64,000 bases of DNA from the human T2T-CHM13v2.0 reference genome, Homo sapiens. Below the pieces are notes generated by a model. The model was not told the origin of the DNA. It ran no database searches and saw only the letters and a program-made list of their open reading frames with translations. This document shows positions 46,301 to 60,712 of the stretch, piece by piece. Within the stretch, counting starts at the first letter, position 1; the number at the start of each line of letters is the position of its first letter. The DNA lies in assembly GCF_009914755.1 (NCBI RefSeq), contig NC_060944.1; one strand, written 5' to 3'. A program made the position numbers and the translations under genes.

Positions 46301-46688
46301 TGGTAAAAAGGCTTGACAGTTATTATGATCCTTAGTATTTATAACACTTTTATACCGTCAGAAGAGGGTCTGTATTGCTTACTCTTATGTATTAATAGAG
46401 AACTCTTTTAACATGAGGCTTGGTGATTAGACCACGGTAAGTCAGTAGGACTCTATAACAAAAAGAACATGTGGAAAACTGTCCTTCCTCAGGAATGTGT
46501 GTGGGCAGGACCTTGGCAGTCCAGTAAGTGGATGTGCTGGTTGCAATTGTCAGATTTCTGCTGAAAACAAAAAAGTTACAAAGAACTCAAGTCTAAATCC
46601 TCAAATGTCAAAGCAATGTCAAGCCCAGAGCTGGCCTCAATTTGCCCTCTGGTTACTTAAGGGTCACAATAATTTCTGCATTTAGTAA

Positions 46689-47058
<370 letters not shown>

Positions 47059-47524
47059 TTCCCCCTCAACTCTTATTTTTGTCTAATCACCAACAGAAAT
47101 AGCCCACTCTAGTCAGATATTATCACCTCTAAAGTAAACATTAATTTGTTCTTTCTCAAGCTCAGAAGGTGATTGTGATATAAATACAAAGGCCTCAGAA
47201 TTAAAGAGACTTTAGAGATCATATATTCTAACCACTCACCTTTGCATGAATTTTACCTTAAGTACCACTACCAGGTGGTTAGGATGGCCTATACCTGAAG
47301 ATCTCCAAAGATAGGGAGCTTGGCACTTATTGACACTAGAAAGATGTTTGAAATGGTTCCTTGTAGTAAGCACCAAAAACAACAAAACCTTCCTATAAGT
47401 TTTATTTGCTAAATTTGTTTTTTCTCTCAAATAGAGTTGAGGACTTACTATGTGCTAGGCACTGGGTATACAAGGATTTTTGAAAAGATGCTAGCTAGCC
47501 CTATAACTCAAGAAGCTAACAGTC

Positions 47525-47875
47525 TGTTGTGGTTATTAAGCTATCCACCAGGGCTCTGGGCCTTGCCCTCCACTGGATGCATTGAATTTCCCTGCCTACC
47601 TGAAGTTAGGTGAAACCAATGAAACGTGAACAAATGTGTCACCTCCAGGGGAAAAGTTTTAGGAGAAAGTATAGGCTTTGCCTCACTATTTATTCTCTGG
47701 CCTGCAACTGGTTATGTTCCAGATGGCGGCTACTCTATCAGCCTGAGTCCTAAAAGAAGAACAATAGCTGACCTGCCATGTACATGCAGTATGAACAAGA
47801 AATAACCTTTGTCACTTTAAGCTACTGAGGTTTTTGGAGTAGCTTGTTACTGCAGCCCATCCTCACTGATACAGA
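47525..47875 (+). mobile_element. MaLR solo LTR (MLT1 family)
   Basis: tgaagttagg..., ttaagctactgagg..ttgttactgcagc...ctgataca terminus. Confidence 0.7.
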
Positions 47876-48326
47876 GTCTGAAGACAGACAAACAAAATCA
47901 TCAGCAAAATGATCAACAAAGTCATCAACAAAATGATCAACACCAATCAGACAATAAGCTGAGTGTTGTAGTGGAAGCATGCACAAAGTTCTGTGGAGCA
48001 TAGGAAAAGACTTTCTACCCACCTCTGTCTTCCGGGGAACTTGGGGTAAGGCCTCATAGAGGAGGTTGCTTTTGGATTAGAGCTCGAAGGATGAATAAAT
48101 ACTGCCAAGTAGATAAGTTGAGAAAAGAGTGTTCTAGACAAAGGGAACACTTTATACAAAAACCGTAGAGGGAGGAGAAAACATGGCATGATTGGAGAGC
48201 TAGAAAGGATTCAGTTTTGCTATTGTACAAATCTGAATGTGGTAGATTTCCTATGAAGCTACTACAGCCGAAGCTTTGGGGACCCTCACTTCACTTGCAC
48301 AGGCACCTTCCAAAGCCTCTATCTAA

Positions 48327-48817
<491 letters not shown>

Positions 48818-49274
48818 GACACATTTTTCAATTGGAAAAACGTGATTTTTTGGAAAAAAAGAATCATGTTCCCTAAAAGTCTTCTTTTCCCCTAAACCAA
48901 TAATCCTCAGTTCCTGTACTTTGTGTGACTGGGACAGAGACTCCACACCACTCTCCACTGTTCTTCTCTGAATGTGCTCTTATTTGTCTATAGCCTTCTC
49001 AACAGTGGCATCTAAATCTAAATCTAATTCTCCAGATGTAGTCTGAGCGTATTTATCACCTTCCTTAAACTTACTCATGTCATATTTAATCTTTCACAAA
49101 AGTTTTTACCCAAACGATGCCACATTATTTATAATGTGAGATTCCCCTGAAAAATATGGATCAATGCTCTTGGATTTAATCCACAGCACCAGGACTTGTA
49201 CCAAAATACAATACCTGCTTGTTTCAATTTAGGTTTGGCAGAATTTGAGGAACAAGTTTGCAGAGAAAAGATAG

Positions 49275-50170
49275 TCAATTCATTTAACAAATGTTTACTA
49301 AATGCCTTTTCTATGCCAGACATGCCAGAATATGGGGAAGACAAAAAAAAATAGATAGAAATCTCTGCCTTCCTGGAATTTACATTCTAGTTTGGGGGAG
49401 AGAGATAATAAATAAAATAAGAAAATGAAATTATGTGTCAGAGCAAAAAGTGGAAGAAAAGCATAGCAGTGAAAGGCTGAAGAAATGTGGAGCATGGGAG
49501 GGGTGAGACTGCAATTTAGATATACAGTGGTCAGAAGAGAACTCACTGAGAATGTGACACTGGAGCCAATACTCAGAGGTGTGGAAGTGAGCCATCTGGG
49601 TAAGTGAGGAAGCACACTCCAGGCACAGGCATCAGCTGGTGCAAAGACCTTGAGGTGAGAATGTGCCTGACATGTTCAAAGAACAGCAAGGAGGCCAGCA
49701 GAGCTGGGCGGCGGTAGTAGAGAGACAGTAGTATGAGACAAGGTCAAAGAGGCTGTGGTAGGGGGCAGGGAGGGGATCCATGCAGGTCCACTGCCATGAT
49801 CTGAGTCTCTCTGAAATGGGCAGTGCCAAGAGAGGGCTTTGAGCAGAAGGTTGGCGTCATCCGACACGTGTCCTTCAGCATGGCTCTGCTGGCTATGTTG
49901 AGAACAGACTGTAGGAAAACACAGTGGAGAAGTAGGGAAACTTGTCAGACATCAATCTAGGCAGGAGATGACAGCAGCATGGACCAGGACGGTAGAGATG
50001 GAGGTAAGAAGAAGTGGCTGGATTCTGGATATGTTTTGAAAGTAAAGCCGAAAAGACTTCCTAAAGGAATGGATAGGAGGATGTGAACATTGTAGCCACG
50101 GGAATCAAGGATGACTCCAAGATTTTTGATCTAAGCAACTAGAAGGATAGTGTTGCCATCAACCAAGATA
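49275..50170 (-). mobile_element. LINE-2 3' fragment
   Basis: cattta acaaatgtttact terminal motif; purine-rich L2 body. Confidence 0.8.
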
Positions 50171-50879
50171 GGTTTAAACCTGGGAAGCTTTGTGAAAAAA
50201 GCAAAGCAAATCTGTGCTGCTAAAACTAGAAGGTCCTTTTCCAGGGGAAAAACTGGATTGAACTGGTTTGGTCACAAGTGTTGTAGGAAATTAATGGGTC
50301 AGACTGCTAATGAGCAAAGAGGCTGTGTAGTGCCAATGTTCCCAATGAAAAGACTCTGGTCTTTGCCAAAAGCTGCTCAAATCTACAGAGAAACTACAGA
50401 AATGGGGGTTGGGGGGAGGCTGGGACCAAATCTAGGGTATTATAAGAGCCAAGTAGTTAGAAATTGCACTCTCTGAGGTGTGAGACAGCGCCTTTCAAAG
50501 TTAAACATGTTACTTTAAATGTACTTGCATCCTAAATGTTGTTCCAAGTACTAAGTAAATTACTTTATTAAATTTAAAACTAAACAGTAAAAAAGAAATT
50601 GTTCTGGATGTGGTTTTACTTCTGAGATTACATTTGTTTTGTTTTAATTGAAATTTTCCAGTGTGGGCCAGATAGTTTACAGGCTGAATAGCTTGCAGGC
50701 TGGTGAGCTCACTTGAATTTCTCAAGAACATTTGTTAAAAAAAAAAAAAAAGAAAGAAAGAAAGAAAAATTCTCTCTGGCTGACCACTGTGGATAAGATG
50801 TTCCTTTTACCTCTTCCAGGCTTAGTCTGTATTGATGATTTTCTTCAATGGCCTCACTACAAAGTCCAGCAAGATCTTA

Positions 50880-51590
50880 CACACAAGAAAAAATGCTCAA
50901 TTTCACTCACAGTAAGAGAAATACAAATTAAAATTACTCTGATTATTTTTCTTTCACTTACTTTGGAAAGGCTTGAAACATTGGATAATAATATCCTGAG
51001 TTGGCAAGGGTTTGCAGAAATAGGCACTCTCATACACTGCTTGCTGGAGTGAAAATTGGTAAGACTTCTATTAAGAAGTATTTAACAAGAACAAAATTAT
51101 AAAAGCTCATTCCCTGACTCACCAGATTCTGCCTCTAGGAAGGCAGCCTGCTGATATACTTTGCACAATGGTAAGTCATACATGTATAAGGTAATCTACT
51201 ATCAGCATGGTAATGGCAAAGGACTGGAAATAACCTAATCACTCATCAACAGGAGATAATCAAATCAATTATGGCACACTTATACAATGGAGTAACACAC
51301 TTGTGAAAAAGAACAAGGGAGGTGCTTTTTATGCTGCTATGGATTAACCTTCAAGCTATCTTGATATATGTTAAGTTTTTTAAAAAGCAAAGCACAGAAT
51401 AAAAATTATACGCTAGAAATACCTCGAGAAAAATATGTGAGAAACTAATAATAGTGTTTGCCCCTGGCGAGGGGAAGAGGGAGATGTGTTTGAGGGAAGC
51501 TTTTCCCTGTAGCCCCTTTTAAATTCTGAACAATGTTAATGTGCTATGTATTCAAAACAAAAAGTTAAAAATTGAATAAATACATAAGTG
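50880..51590 (+). mobile_element. L1ME 3' fragment
   Basis: aaatgctcaa..cact...agagaaatacaaattaaa ORF2 C-terminal remnant. Confidence 0.7.
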
Positions 51591-52639
51591 GAAAAAATGT
51601 TAGCATATTTCCCAAAATACATGGGTTGTTACAAATAACAAGTGAGAAAGTGAGAAGCTAATGGCGTCAGAGTAGAGGTCCTTACAGAGTATGTAACTGG
51701 GTCAAATACCAAGTAGTGCTCCTTTACATTTCAAACTTCTAATAGCTACAGATGAGCTTTTGGTGTAACTTCTGTAGGGGTGCATGTGAGCACTTCACTT
51801 AAAACTATATATTATATATTGCATTTGCCTCTGGCCATAAAGCCATAGTTCAAAAATAACTTAGAGATATCCAATATACAAAACAAAAAATAAATAAATA
51901 AAAGAACAAGCAAAACAAAAAAAATACCCAAAATGGAGGAGTGGGACAATATATGCAGTCCAACTTCTTTCCTAATTAAAAAATCCTGCAGCAATCTGTT
52001 ATCCAGTCTCCAACTGAGTATCTCCCAAATGTGGGAGCTAATTATCATTTATGACAATTTATTACAAAGCCCCTTTCTTAGTTGGACCTGGTTCCCAGCT
52101 TTTAGATTTGTCTTTTGGACATAAATCAACTCTTTTTACTACATGACGCATCAACTCTCTTTTCTATATATCAGCTTTTCACACAGTTGAAGATCATTTC
52201 CTCTTTTAGTATTTACTTCTGCAGCTAAGTGTCCTGAATTCATTGCACATTCTCTCTATACATTCTAATTTGTCTGCATTTCTCACAAAATGTGGCAATT
52301 AGAACTGAACAAAGCATTCAAGATGTAGCCCAACCAGAAGAGAATTAAATGGAAGCTGTGTTTTCATCATCCTATTACCATGACTAATACAACCAAAAAC
52401 TGAGCTAGATACAAGTTCTATTCTCCCCCTCACAGAGGAGGACTTTGAGGTGAAGTGACCCAGTGGGACAAGGAAACACTGCTAGAATTAAGGAGGATTA
52501 GGATTCTTTCATCACAAGGCCATTTGGATACACGTTTTCAGACACTCATTTATAATTCCAACAGAGGACTTCTGAGCTATCTTCCCCTTTGCCTCTTTGA
52601 AATCTACCTTCTTAAGAAAGGAATGTTAGACTTTCTCTG

Positions 52640-53135
52640 AACATCCTATCTAAATGTCTTTGGGGGCTCCCCCAAATCCAAGCTGAATTATTCTCTATCA
52701 CAGCATCCTAATTGTTTCTTTCATAACATTTATCAAAATTTGTCTGGATCTTCATCTGATTCTTTTCCTGCTTATTGTCTTTCACTTTGGCTAGGCTGTA
52801 AGCTCTGTAAGTAAGGTCAGGGCCTATATCCACTGTTTCCGTAGCATATAGCACAATGTCTGGCACATAATAATCGTTTTCAGTGAGTGAATGGGTGAAT
52901 AAACGGTAGCTGATAATGGAGTTAAGACTCTAACATCAGACAGAGCCCTAACACTGTGGACTGTGTATTCCTGGGCAAATGACTTAAGTCCTCACAATCC
53001 ATTTCCTCATTGGTAAAATGAGGAGCTATTAATACCTACCTCATAGACCTGACATGACATTCGGTGAATTGATAGGAAGTACACAAAATGATTTAGCATG
53101 CTGTCTGATATACAGGAAACACTCAATAAATCATA
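52640..53135 (+). mobile_element. L2 3' end (to about 52902) followed by MIR
   Basis: tctggcacataa...gagtgaatgggtgaat; ggcaaatgacttaa..tttcctcattggtaaaatg. Confidence 0.7.
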
Positions 53136-53319
53136 GTTACTGCAGCTACTGCTACTGTTCTAATTACCACCACATCCCACTCAGAGGCTGGCCACTGAAG
53201 GATGACAATTAACTGTAACAGCTAGAGGTACATCAGCTGTTTTACCCAGCCTACCTTTCTTTCTTTTTAAAAAATTGTGATAAAAAACACATAACATAAA
53301 ATTCATTGTCTTAACCATT

Positions 53320-53616
53320 TGTTTTTTTCTTTTGAGATGGAGTCTCACTCTTGTCGCTCAGGTTGGAGTACAGTGGCGTGATCTTGACTCACTGCAATCT
53401 CCGCCTCCCAGGTTCAAGCGATTCTCCTACCTCAGCCTCCTGAGTAGCTGGGATTATAGGCACCTACCACCACGCAGGGCTAATTTTTGTACTTTTAGTA
53501 GAGACAGGGTTTCGCCATGTTGGCCAGGCTGGTCTCGAACTCCTGACCTCAGGTGATCAGCCTGCCTTGGCCTCCCAAAGTGCTGGGATTACAGGCGTGA
53601 ACCACCGCACCCAGAC
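53320..53616 (-). mobile_element. AluS
   Basis: Alu dimer; perfect TSD tgtcttaaccattt. Confidence 0.94.
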
Positions 53617-53944
53617 TGTCTTAACCATTTTTAAGTGTACAGTAAGGTAGTGTTAAGCACATTCACATTGTTGACCAACAGATGCCCAGAACTTTTTAAT
53701 CTTGCAAAAGATGCAAATACTATACCCATCAAATAACTATTCCCCTTACTCTCTTCCCCCAGCCCCTGGCAACTACCATACTACTTTCTAAGAGTTTGAC
53801 TACTTTAGTTACCTCATATAAATGAAGTTATATTTCAAGATGTAGCCCAACTAGAAGAGAATGAAAAGCAAGCTGTTTTCATCATCCTACTACCACTACT
53901 AATACTACCAGAAACCTAGCTAGCTAAAAAAAGTACTTATCTTG

Positions 53945-54194
53945 GGCTGGGCGCGGTGGCTCACACCTGTAATCCCAGCACTTTGGGAGGCCGAGGCGGG
54001 TGGATCATGAGGTCAGGAGATCGAAACCATTTTGGCTAACATGGTGAAACCCCATCTCTACTAAAAATACAAAAAATTAGCCGGGCGTGCTGGCGAATGG
54101 CATGAACGCGGGAGGTGGAGGTTGCAGTAAACTGAGATCGCGCCACTGAACTCCAGCCTGGGTGACAGGGCAATACTCTATTTCAAAAAAAAAA
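53945..54194 (+). mobile_element. Alu (Y/Sc-like) with an internal deletion of about 40 bp in the right arm
   Basis: ctggcg joins directly to aatggcatgaac. Confidence 0.9.
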
Positions 54195-56226
54195 GAATTT
54201 CCTTTCATTTTAAGGCTAAGTAATATTCCATGATATGTATATATCATATTTTATTTATCCATTCATCCACTGATGGACATTTAGGTTGCTTCCCCCTCTT
54301 GGTTATTGTGAATAATGCTGCAGTGAATATGGGTGTGCAAATATCTCTTTGGGATCTTATTTTTTATTCTTTTGGGTATACACTTTTTCTTGTTTAAGCT
54401 CTCCACAATCCTATGATGCTGGCAGAGCAGCAGAAATCACAGGAGTCATCAATTCGTCTTTACCTTTTTTGATCCTGTCATCAAATTATCTTCCTCTCAA
54501 GCTCACTCCCTAGTCCTTTCTGATAACCTCCTGGTTCCTCTATTTTCAAGTGAATTCAACAGGTCAAATTTAAAATTTATTTTACTTGTCCAAAAGGGAA
54601 GGAAGCTATTATACCTTTCCTATCCCTTTCTGTTGGAAGAACTCTAGGTTCCTCATCCAGAGAAGGGTACTGCCCCAGGTCTGAGCAGAATGAAGCTGCA
54701 GGTACTCAGGGTCTAAGCCCCCTGGAACAATAGAGGGCTATGGCTCTACCTTAGTCGGCCCAGGACAGTTTCTAAAATGTTTCCTTTATGAGTACTGTTT
54801 TGAATGCTGTTAATATTTCATCAGGAAGTATCAGTTTCCCTTGACAGGTAAGATTAAGTCCTATTCACTGGGTTGATCAGCCTTATCATTACAGCCAGGA
54901 TATTTCTCTGCAAATCCCCTTCCAATCTTATGCTGCCCAACTAATGGGACCAACTGGATTTGCTCAATAAAGTTCTGTATTTTCCCAGAGCTCTTCATTT
55001 TCACATTATTGTCCTGGGGTGGGGGGCAGCAGAACAGAGATGTTGACAGCCAAATGGAAGATGCATTGGGAGGCTTCTGAAGATACTTGTTCTGTCTTTG
55101 AGAAACCTTAGAGCATCAAGGTGAAGCAAAAGGAAAGGAGAGGAATAGTGCTCAGTACCTGAGCCTTCTCTAATCTAAAACGCAATAAAGTCAATCATAA
55201 ATCCTGAAAATGAGAGTGGCTGTGATGGTGCAAAATATAAAACTCCAACAACTATTTATCAGGAATGACGTACATATATCTCCCTATTCGCATCTCAGCC
55301 TTCCTCCTGCAATATGTGAGTGAGTGTGCATGAACCCACACTCACCAGTGATACACTCAGGAGAGTACTGGGGAAGAGTTAACTTCCGCTGCAAGATAGT
55401 TAGCATATTTATTTCCTTTCCATGAGACTTCAGGAGCCTAAATCAGAAGTTTCTAAGAGCTTCTCTTGATGTCATATATTCTGAGAATGGATACATCTAA
55501 GAACTGATGTAATGTGTCTGCCATTATGAATTTGGTAAAAGTTCTATTTATCTGTTTTTAAACAAAAGGACTGCTTTAATGTTACATATTGGTTTGTTAT
55601 TACATATTGGCTGGTTATTTGTTATTGGTTGTTTCTATGACACACTTGGACAAGAAAATTTCTAGTCCAAGTGTATCATAGTGGTATTACTTGAGACACC
55701 ACTTAAATCTCATAAAAATAGAAAAGATCCCCTAACTGGCCTCTCCCATCTTCCCCCTCCCCCATGCCAGACTGCCTCTGTCCCACTTATTCAACTTCCT
55801 TGCTCATCAATCTTTGGTGCATTGCAGGCCCCATTCCTTCCTCTCCTTCTGCCCAAACCACTTGCACCAAGGTCATCAGTCAAGTGGCTCTTTCCTACTC
55901 CTTCAAGTCTCAAACCACTCAGGACCCAAAGGAAGTTAAGACCCACACCTCTATAACCTCTCCAAAGGGAGCAAACTCATGCCCAGGACTTTGCAATCTC
56001 CTCTACCCAAGAGATTTCCAAATCACCCTTGCCAGCCCTGACCTATCTACCAAGTTCCAAATCCATTACTTCCAACTGCCATTGATCCCTGCAGGTTTTA
56101 AAAAACTACATGCATAAATTTCTGGCTCCGTTGACCCTGGCACTCACCCTTCCAAAAAACGAAACAAGCAAATAAAAAATATAGCCTAGGTCTACTTCCT
56201 AAATCTTCATTTCACCTCTCACCATT

Positions 56227-56582
56227 TGTCTTAGTCCGTTCGGGGTGCTATAACAAAAACATCATAGACTGGATGGCTTATAAACAACAGAAATGTATTT
56301 CTCACAGTTCTTGAGGCCAGGAAGTCCAAGATGAAGGTGCTGGCATATTCAGTGTCTGGTGAGGGCCTACTTCCTCATAGACAGACAACTTCCCACTGTC
56401 CTCACATGGCAGAAGGGACCAGGGAGTGTCTGGGGTCTCTTTTATAAGGCCACTAGTTCCATTCATGAGAGCTCTATCCCAGTGACCTAATTACCCTCCA
56501 AATGCCTCACCTCCTAAGACAATCACATTAGGGATTAAAATTTCAACACGTGAATTTTAGGAGATACATTCAGTCCACTGCA
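56227..56582 (-). mobile_element. MaLR solo LTR (MLT1A-like)
   Basis: TG...CA ends, tctcacagttct..aggcc..gaagtccaagat motif, 5-bp TSD ccatt/ccata. Confidence 0.88.
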
Positions 56583-56714
56583 CCATACATCCAGATTTCC
56601 AAGCATACTTATTTTTTTCCTAGTTTCCTTTATTCACATCTCTCTTTTCTCTTTTCCCACATGAAATGTTAATGGTCTCGGAAGCACTTAACATCTTTTC
56701 TTGGTAGAGGGACT

Positions 56715-57950
56715 TTTAGAAATTGTGGTAAAATACACATAACATAAAATTTACCATCTTAATCATTTTTAGGTGGAGAGTTCAGTAGCATTAAGTATTA
56801 ACACAGTCACATTGTTGTACAACCATCATCACCATCTGCCTCCAGAACTCTTTGCCTTATAAAACAGAAACCTTACACCCATTAAACAATAACTCCCATT
56901 TCCTGCCCACCCCTGACTCCTGACAACTACCATTCTGCTTTCTGTCTCTGTAGATTTGGCTACTCTAGGTATTTTACATAAGTGGACTCATATAGTATTT
57001 GCCTTTTTATAACTGATCAATTTAACTTAGCATAATATCCTCAAGTTTCATCCATATTATATGTCAGGATTTACTTCCTTTTAAAGGCTGAATAATATCC
57101 CCCTGTATGTATATACAACATTTTATCCATCTATCAATGAACACTTGGGTTGCTTCTACCTTTTGCCTATTATGAATAATGTTGCTATGAACATGGACAT
57201 ACAATCTCTTTGAGTCCCTACTATCAACTCTTCTGGGTAACTACCCAGAAGTGGAATTGCTTAATCACATGGTGATTCTATTTTTAATTTCTTGAGGAAT
57301 TGCCATACTGTTTTCCATAACAGCTGCACCATTTTACATTCCCACCAACAGTGCACTGAGTTCCCAAGAGTTCTCCACATTCATGGCAATATCTGTTATT
57401 TTCTTTTTTTTTCTTCAGAGTTGCCATCCTAATGGGTGTGAGGCTGTATCTCACTGTGGTTTTGATTTGTATTGCCTAATTATATTAACGTTGAGTATTT
57501 TTAATGTGCTTATTCATTTGTGTATCTTCTTTGAATAAATGTCTATTCAAGTCCTTTGACCATTTTAATCAGGTTGTCTGGGGTTTTTTGCTGTTTTTGT
57601 TGGGTTGTAGAAATTCTCTATATGTTCTAGATATTACCCCTTTATTAGATATATGGTTTGCAAGTGTCATGAAGCTTTTCTCCTCTGTCTTCTTCTAAGC
57701 ATTTTATAGTTTTAGATCTTTTGTTTAGGTCTTTGATTCATTTTGAGTTAACTTTTATATATATGGTGTAAGGTAAGGATCCAACTCTATTATTTTCCAT
57801 TAGATAGCCAGTTTTCTCAGCACCATTTGTTGAAAAGACTGTCCTATTCCCATTGAAAGGTCTTGGCATCCTTGTAAAAAATCATTTGACCTTATGTGTG
57901 AGGATTTGTTTCTGGTCTCTCCATTCTACTCCATTGGTCTATATGCCTTC
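56715..57950 (-). mobile_element. L1MB 3' fragment
   Basis: Same terminal motif as at 13670 and 53265; antisense ORF2 C-terminus. Confidence 0.85.
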
Positions 57951-57959
57951 ATTAACAAT

Positions 57960-59105
57960 TTTTAATATTAAATAGATGTTGAAATAATATTTTGCATATA
58001 TTGGGTTAAATATATTCTTAGATTTTTTTTTTTTACTGTTTCAATGTGGCCCATAGGACACTTATCACGTATTGGCTCTCATTGTATTTCTGTTGGACAG
58101 CACTGCCTAGATGCTTCAGACTGGAGCCACCGGGCAGTGTGGAGAGCAACAGCTAACGTCATGGGATTAGATGATCATCTGAAAGCTCCTCTCCTCTTGT
58201 GTTTATCATTATAGTACTTAGGGAGCAGGATATCACTGTGGCTGAGAATTGAGGCTTCTGAGTCAGGCAAGTCCAGGTTTCAAGACCTGCCCTGTCCAAC
58301 ACAGCAGCCACTAGCCATAGGTACTCATGTATGTACTGAGTATCTGAAATGTGGCTAATGTGAATTGAGATGTACTGTAAATGTAAAATACAGACCAGAT
58401 TTCAAAGACTCAGTACCAAAAAAAGTAAAATATCTAGTTAATAACTTTTATATCAATTACATGTTAAAATATTAGTATTTCTGATAAATTGGGTTAAATA
58501 AAATGTATTATTAAAATTAATTTGACTTGTGTTTCTTAGTAGGCTATTTTTTAGATCAAGTTCACAGCAAAACTGACCAGAAGGTATAGATATTTCCCAT
58601 ATACCCACTGCCCCACACATGCATAGCCTACTCCATTATCAACATTCCCCACCAGAATGGTACATTTGTTACAACTCATCAATCTACACTGACACATCAT
58701 TATCACCCAAAGTCCACAGTTTACATTAGAGTTCACTCTTGGTGTACATTCTATGGGTTTGGACAAATTTATAATGATATGTATCTACAATATTATAATA
58801 TCATACAAAATAGTTCTACTGCTCTAAAAATCTTCTGTGCTCTGCCTGTTCATCCCTCCCTCCTCCCTAACTCCTGGCAACCACTGATCATTTACTGTCT
58901 CTATAGTTTTGCCTTTTTCAGAATGTCATATAGTTGGAATCATACAGGTATGTAGCCTTTTTGGATTGGCTTCTTTCACTTAGTAATATGCATTTAATCT
59001 CCCCCCATTGCTTTTTATTTTTTGACTTGTTAATTTTGATTTTTTAAAAATGTGGCTCCTAGAACATTTTAAATGACATATGCAGCTCACCTTATGTTTC
59101 TGCTG
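57960..59105. mobile_element. hAT-Charlie MITE relics (MER3/MER33-like: 57960-58108, 58290-58545, 59010-59105) with a nested L1MC 3' end (58545-59005, - strand)
   Basis: ctgtccaa / ttggacagcactg terminal inverted repeats; L1MC-type 3' UTR. Confidence 0.65.
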
Positions 59106-59149
59106 AACATTTCTCAGCTTGGCATGGGCAGTTTTTCTCAGCATGGCAT

Positions 59150-59540
59150 CTTCCTGTCTTTCCAGTCACTCAAGTCCAAGCCTGGTTGTACTTGGTTTGC
59201 TGCAACCTAAACACACCAGCCTCCTTGCCTTCACACATACTAGAGTTCCTTCATTAGAGTTTTCTTTAACCCCCTCCCTCACCTGAAGACTAATTCATGC
59301 TCAGACCCAATTCAAATACGACATCTTTAGTGAAGCCTTTCTAAACTTCCACTGTACCTAAATCATTTTTTATAGCACATTCTACCTTATAATTTTTTTG
59401 TATGTGGCTGACTTTCTCTCCAGATTGTGAAATCTTTGAATTAGGCCCCATGTTTTGTTCATCTTTGGGTCCTCAATCCTTAGTACAGAGCCTGACACAT
59501 GGTAGGCAATCAGAGATGTTAAGTTAATAAATGAATAAAA
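59150..59540 (+). mobile_element. LINE-2 3' fragment
   Basis: cctgacacatggtaggc...aaatgaat terminus. Confidence 0.7.
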
Positions 59541-60423
59541 TGCAGGAAAATTAACATATCCTCTAATAAGAGATAACATATTCACTTAGAATCAAATAGC
59601 TTAGAAAAGAACCTCAAATGCCATAAACAAGGGTGTAAAATTCTATCAGCCAACAGCTAAAATTATTCACAAGCTAAAATTTGTATTCAGTCAAAGCAAC
59701 ACATTAATCAATAATATTTATAAAGTATATCACAGTGAAAAGATGGTAAAGCACCTCCTAATGGTTAATGATAGTGATTGGCCTGGAGATGTGGAAACTA
59801 GCTATGGAAACTAGATGGTTAAAACAACCACATTCCGTACCATTAGACGCTGACAGCCCAGACCCCACCAAAATAGAGGCAGTGAAACAGCCTTTGAAGT
59901 TGTTTTCAAAGGAAGCCACCAAGATGATTAAAGGGTTGGAAAATGAGATTTATGGGTAATGGCCACAGAAACGAAGACAATTTTGCCTAGGCAAGAGAAA
60001 AGGCCGAAGGGTGACTTAATAACCATCTTCAATCATTGTTATTACACAGAGAATGATGACCAGATGGTCTCCATTTTCACCAGAGAAAGAATATTGAAAA
60101 TGGACTTACGCTGCAGCATAAAAAAAAAAAAAAGGTCTAGTTTTAAACAAAGAACTCAATGGTTAAGAACTAGTATACAGCAAAGCAGACCTGGGGAGTG
60201 TGTGGTGTAGCCATGTCTGAACTCATCTGTTATGCTGGGAAAGCAGCAAGTGGGTAGGGTGTGTTCAGGTCTTCAACAGTCCTTTGTTGAGGGCAAATTC
60301 TCAACTGGCTAGTCCTCAAATGAATCACGTAGCATACAACCACAGGAGTGGAAAAGAAAGAGATATGAAAATTGAAACACAGCACCCTCTGGTGTACATA
60401 GCTGTCTTCTAATCTAGGAAAAT

Positions 60424-60712
<289 letters not shown>

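Larger units (their letters stand above)
53265..54380 (-). mobile_element. L1MB 3' fragment, interrupted by two Alus and a templated insert
   Basis: acataacataaaatt..tcttaaccatttttaagtgtacag terminal motif. Confidence 0.8.
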
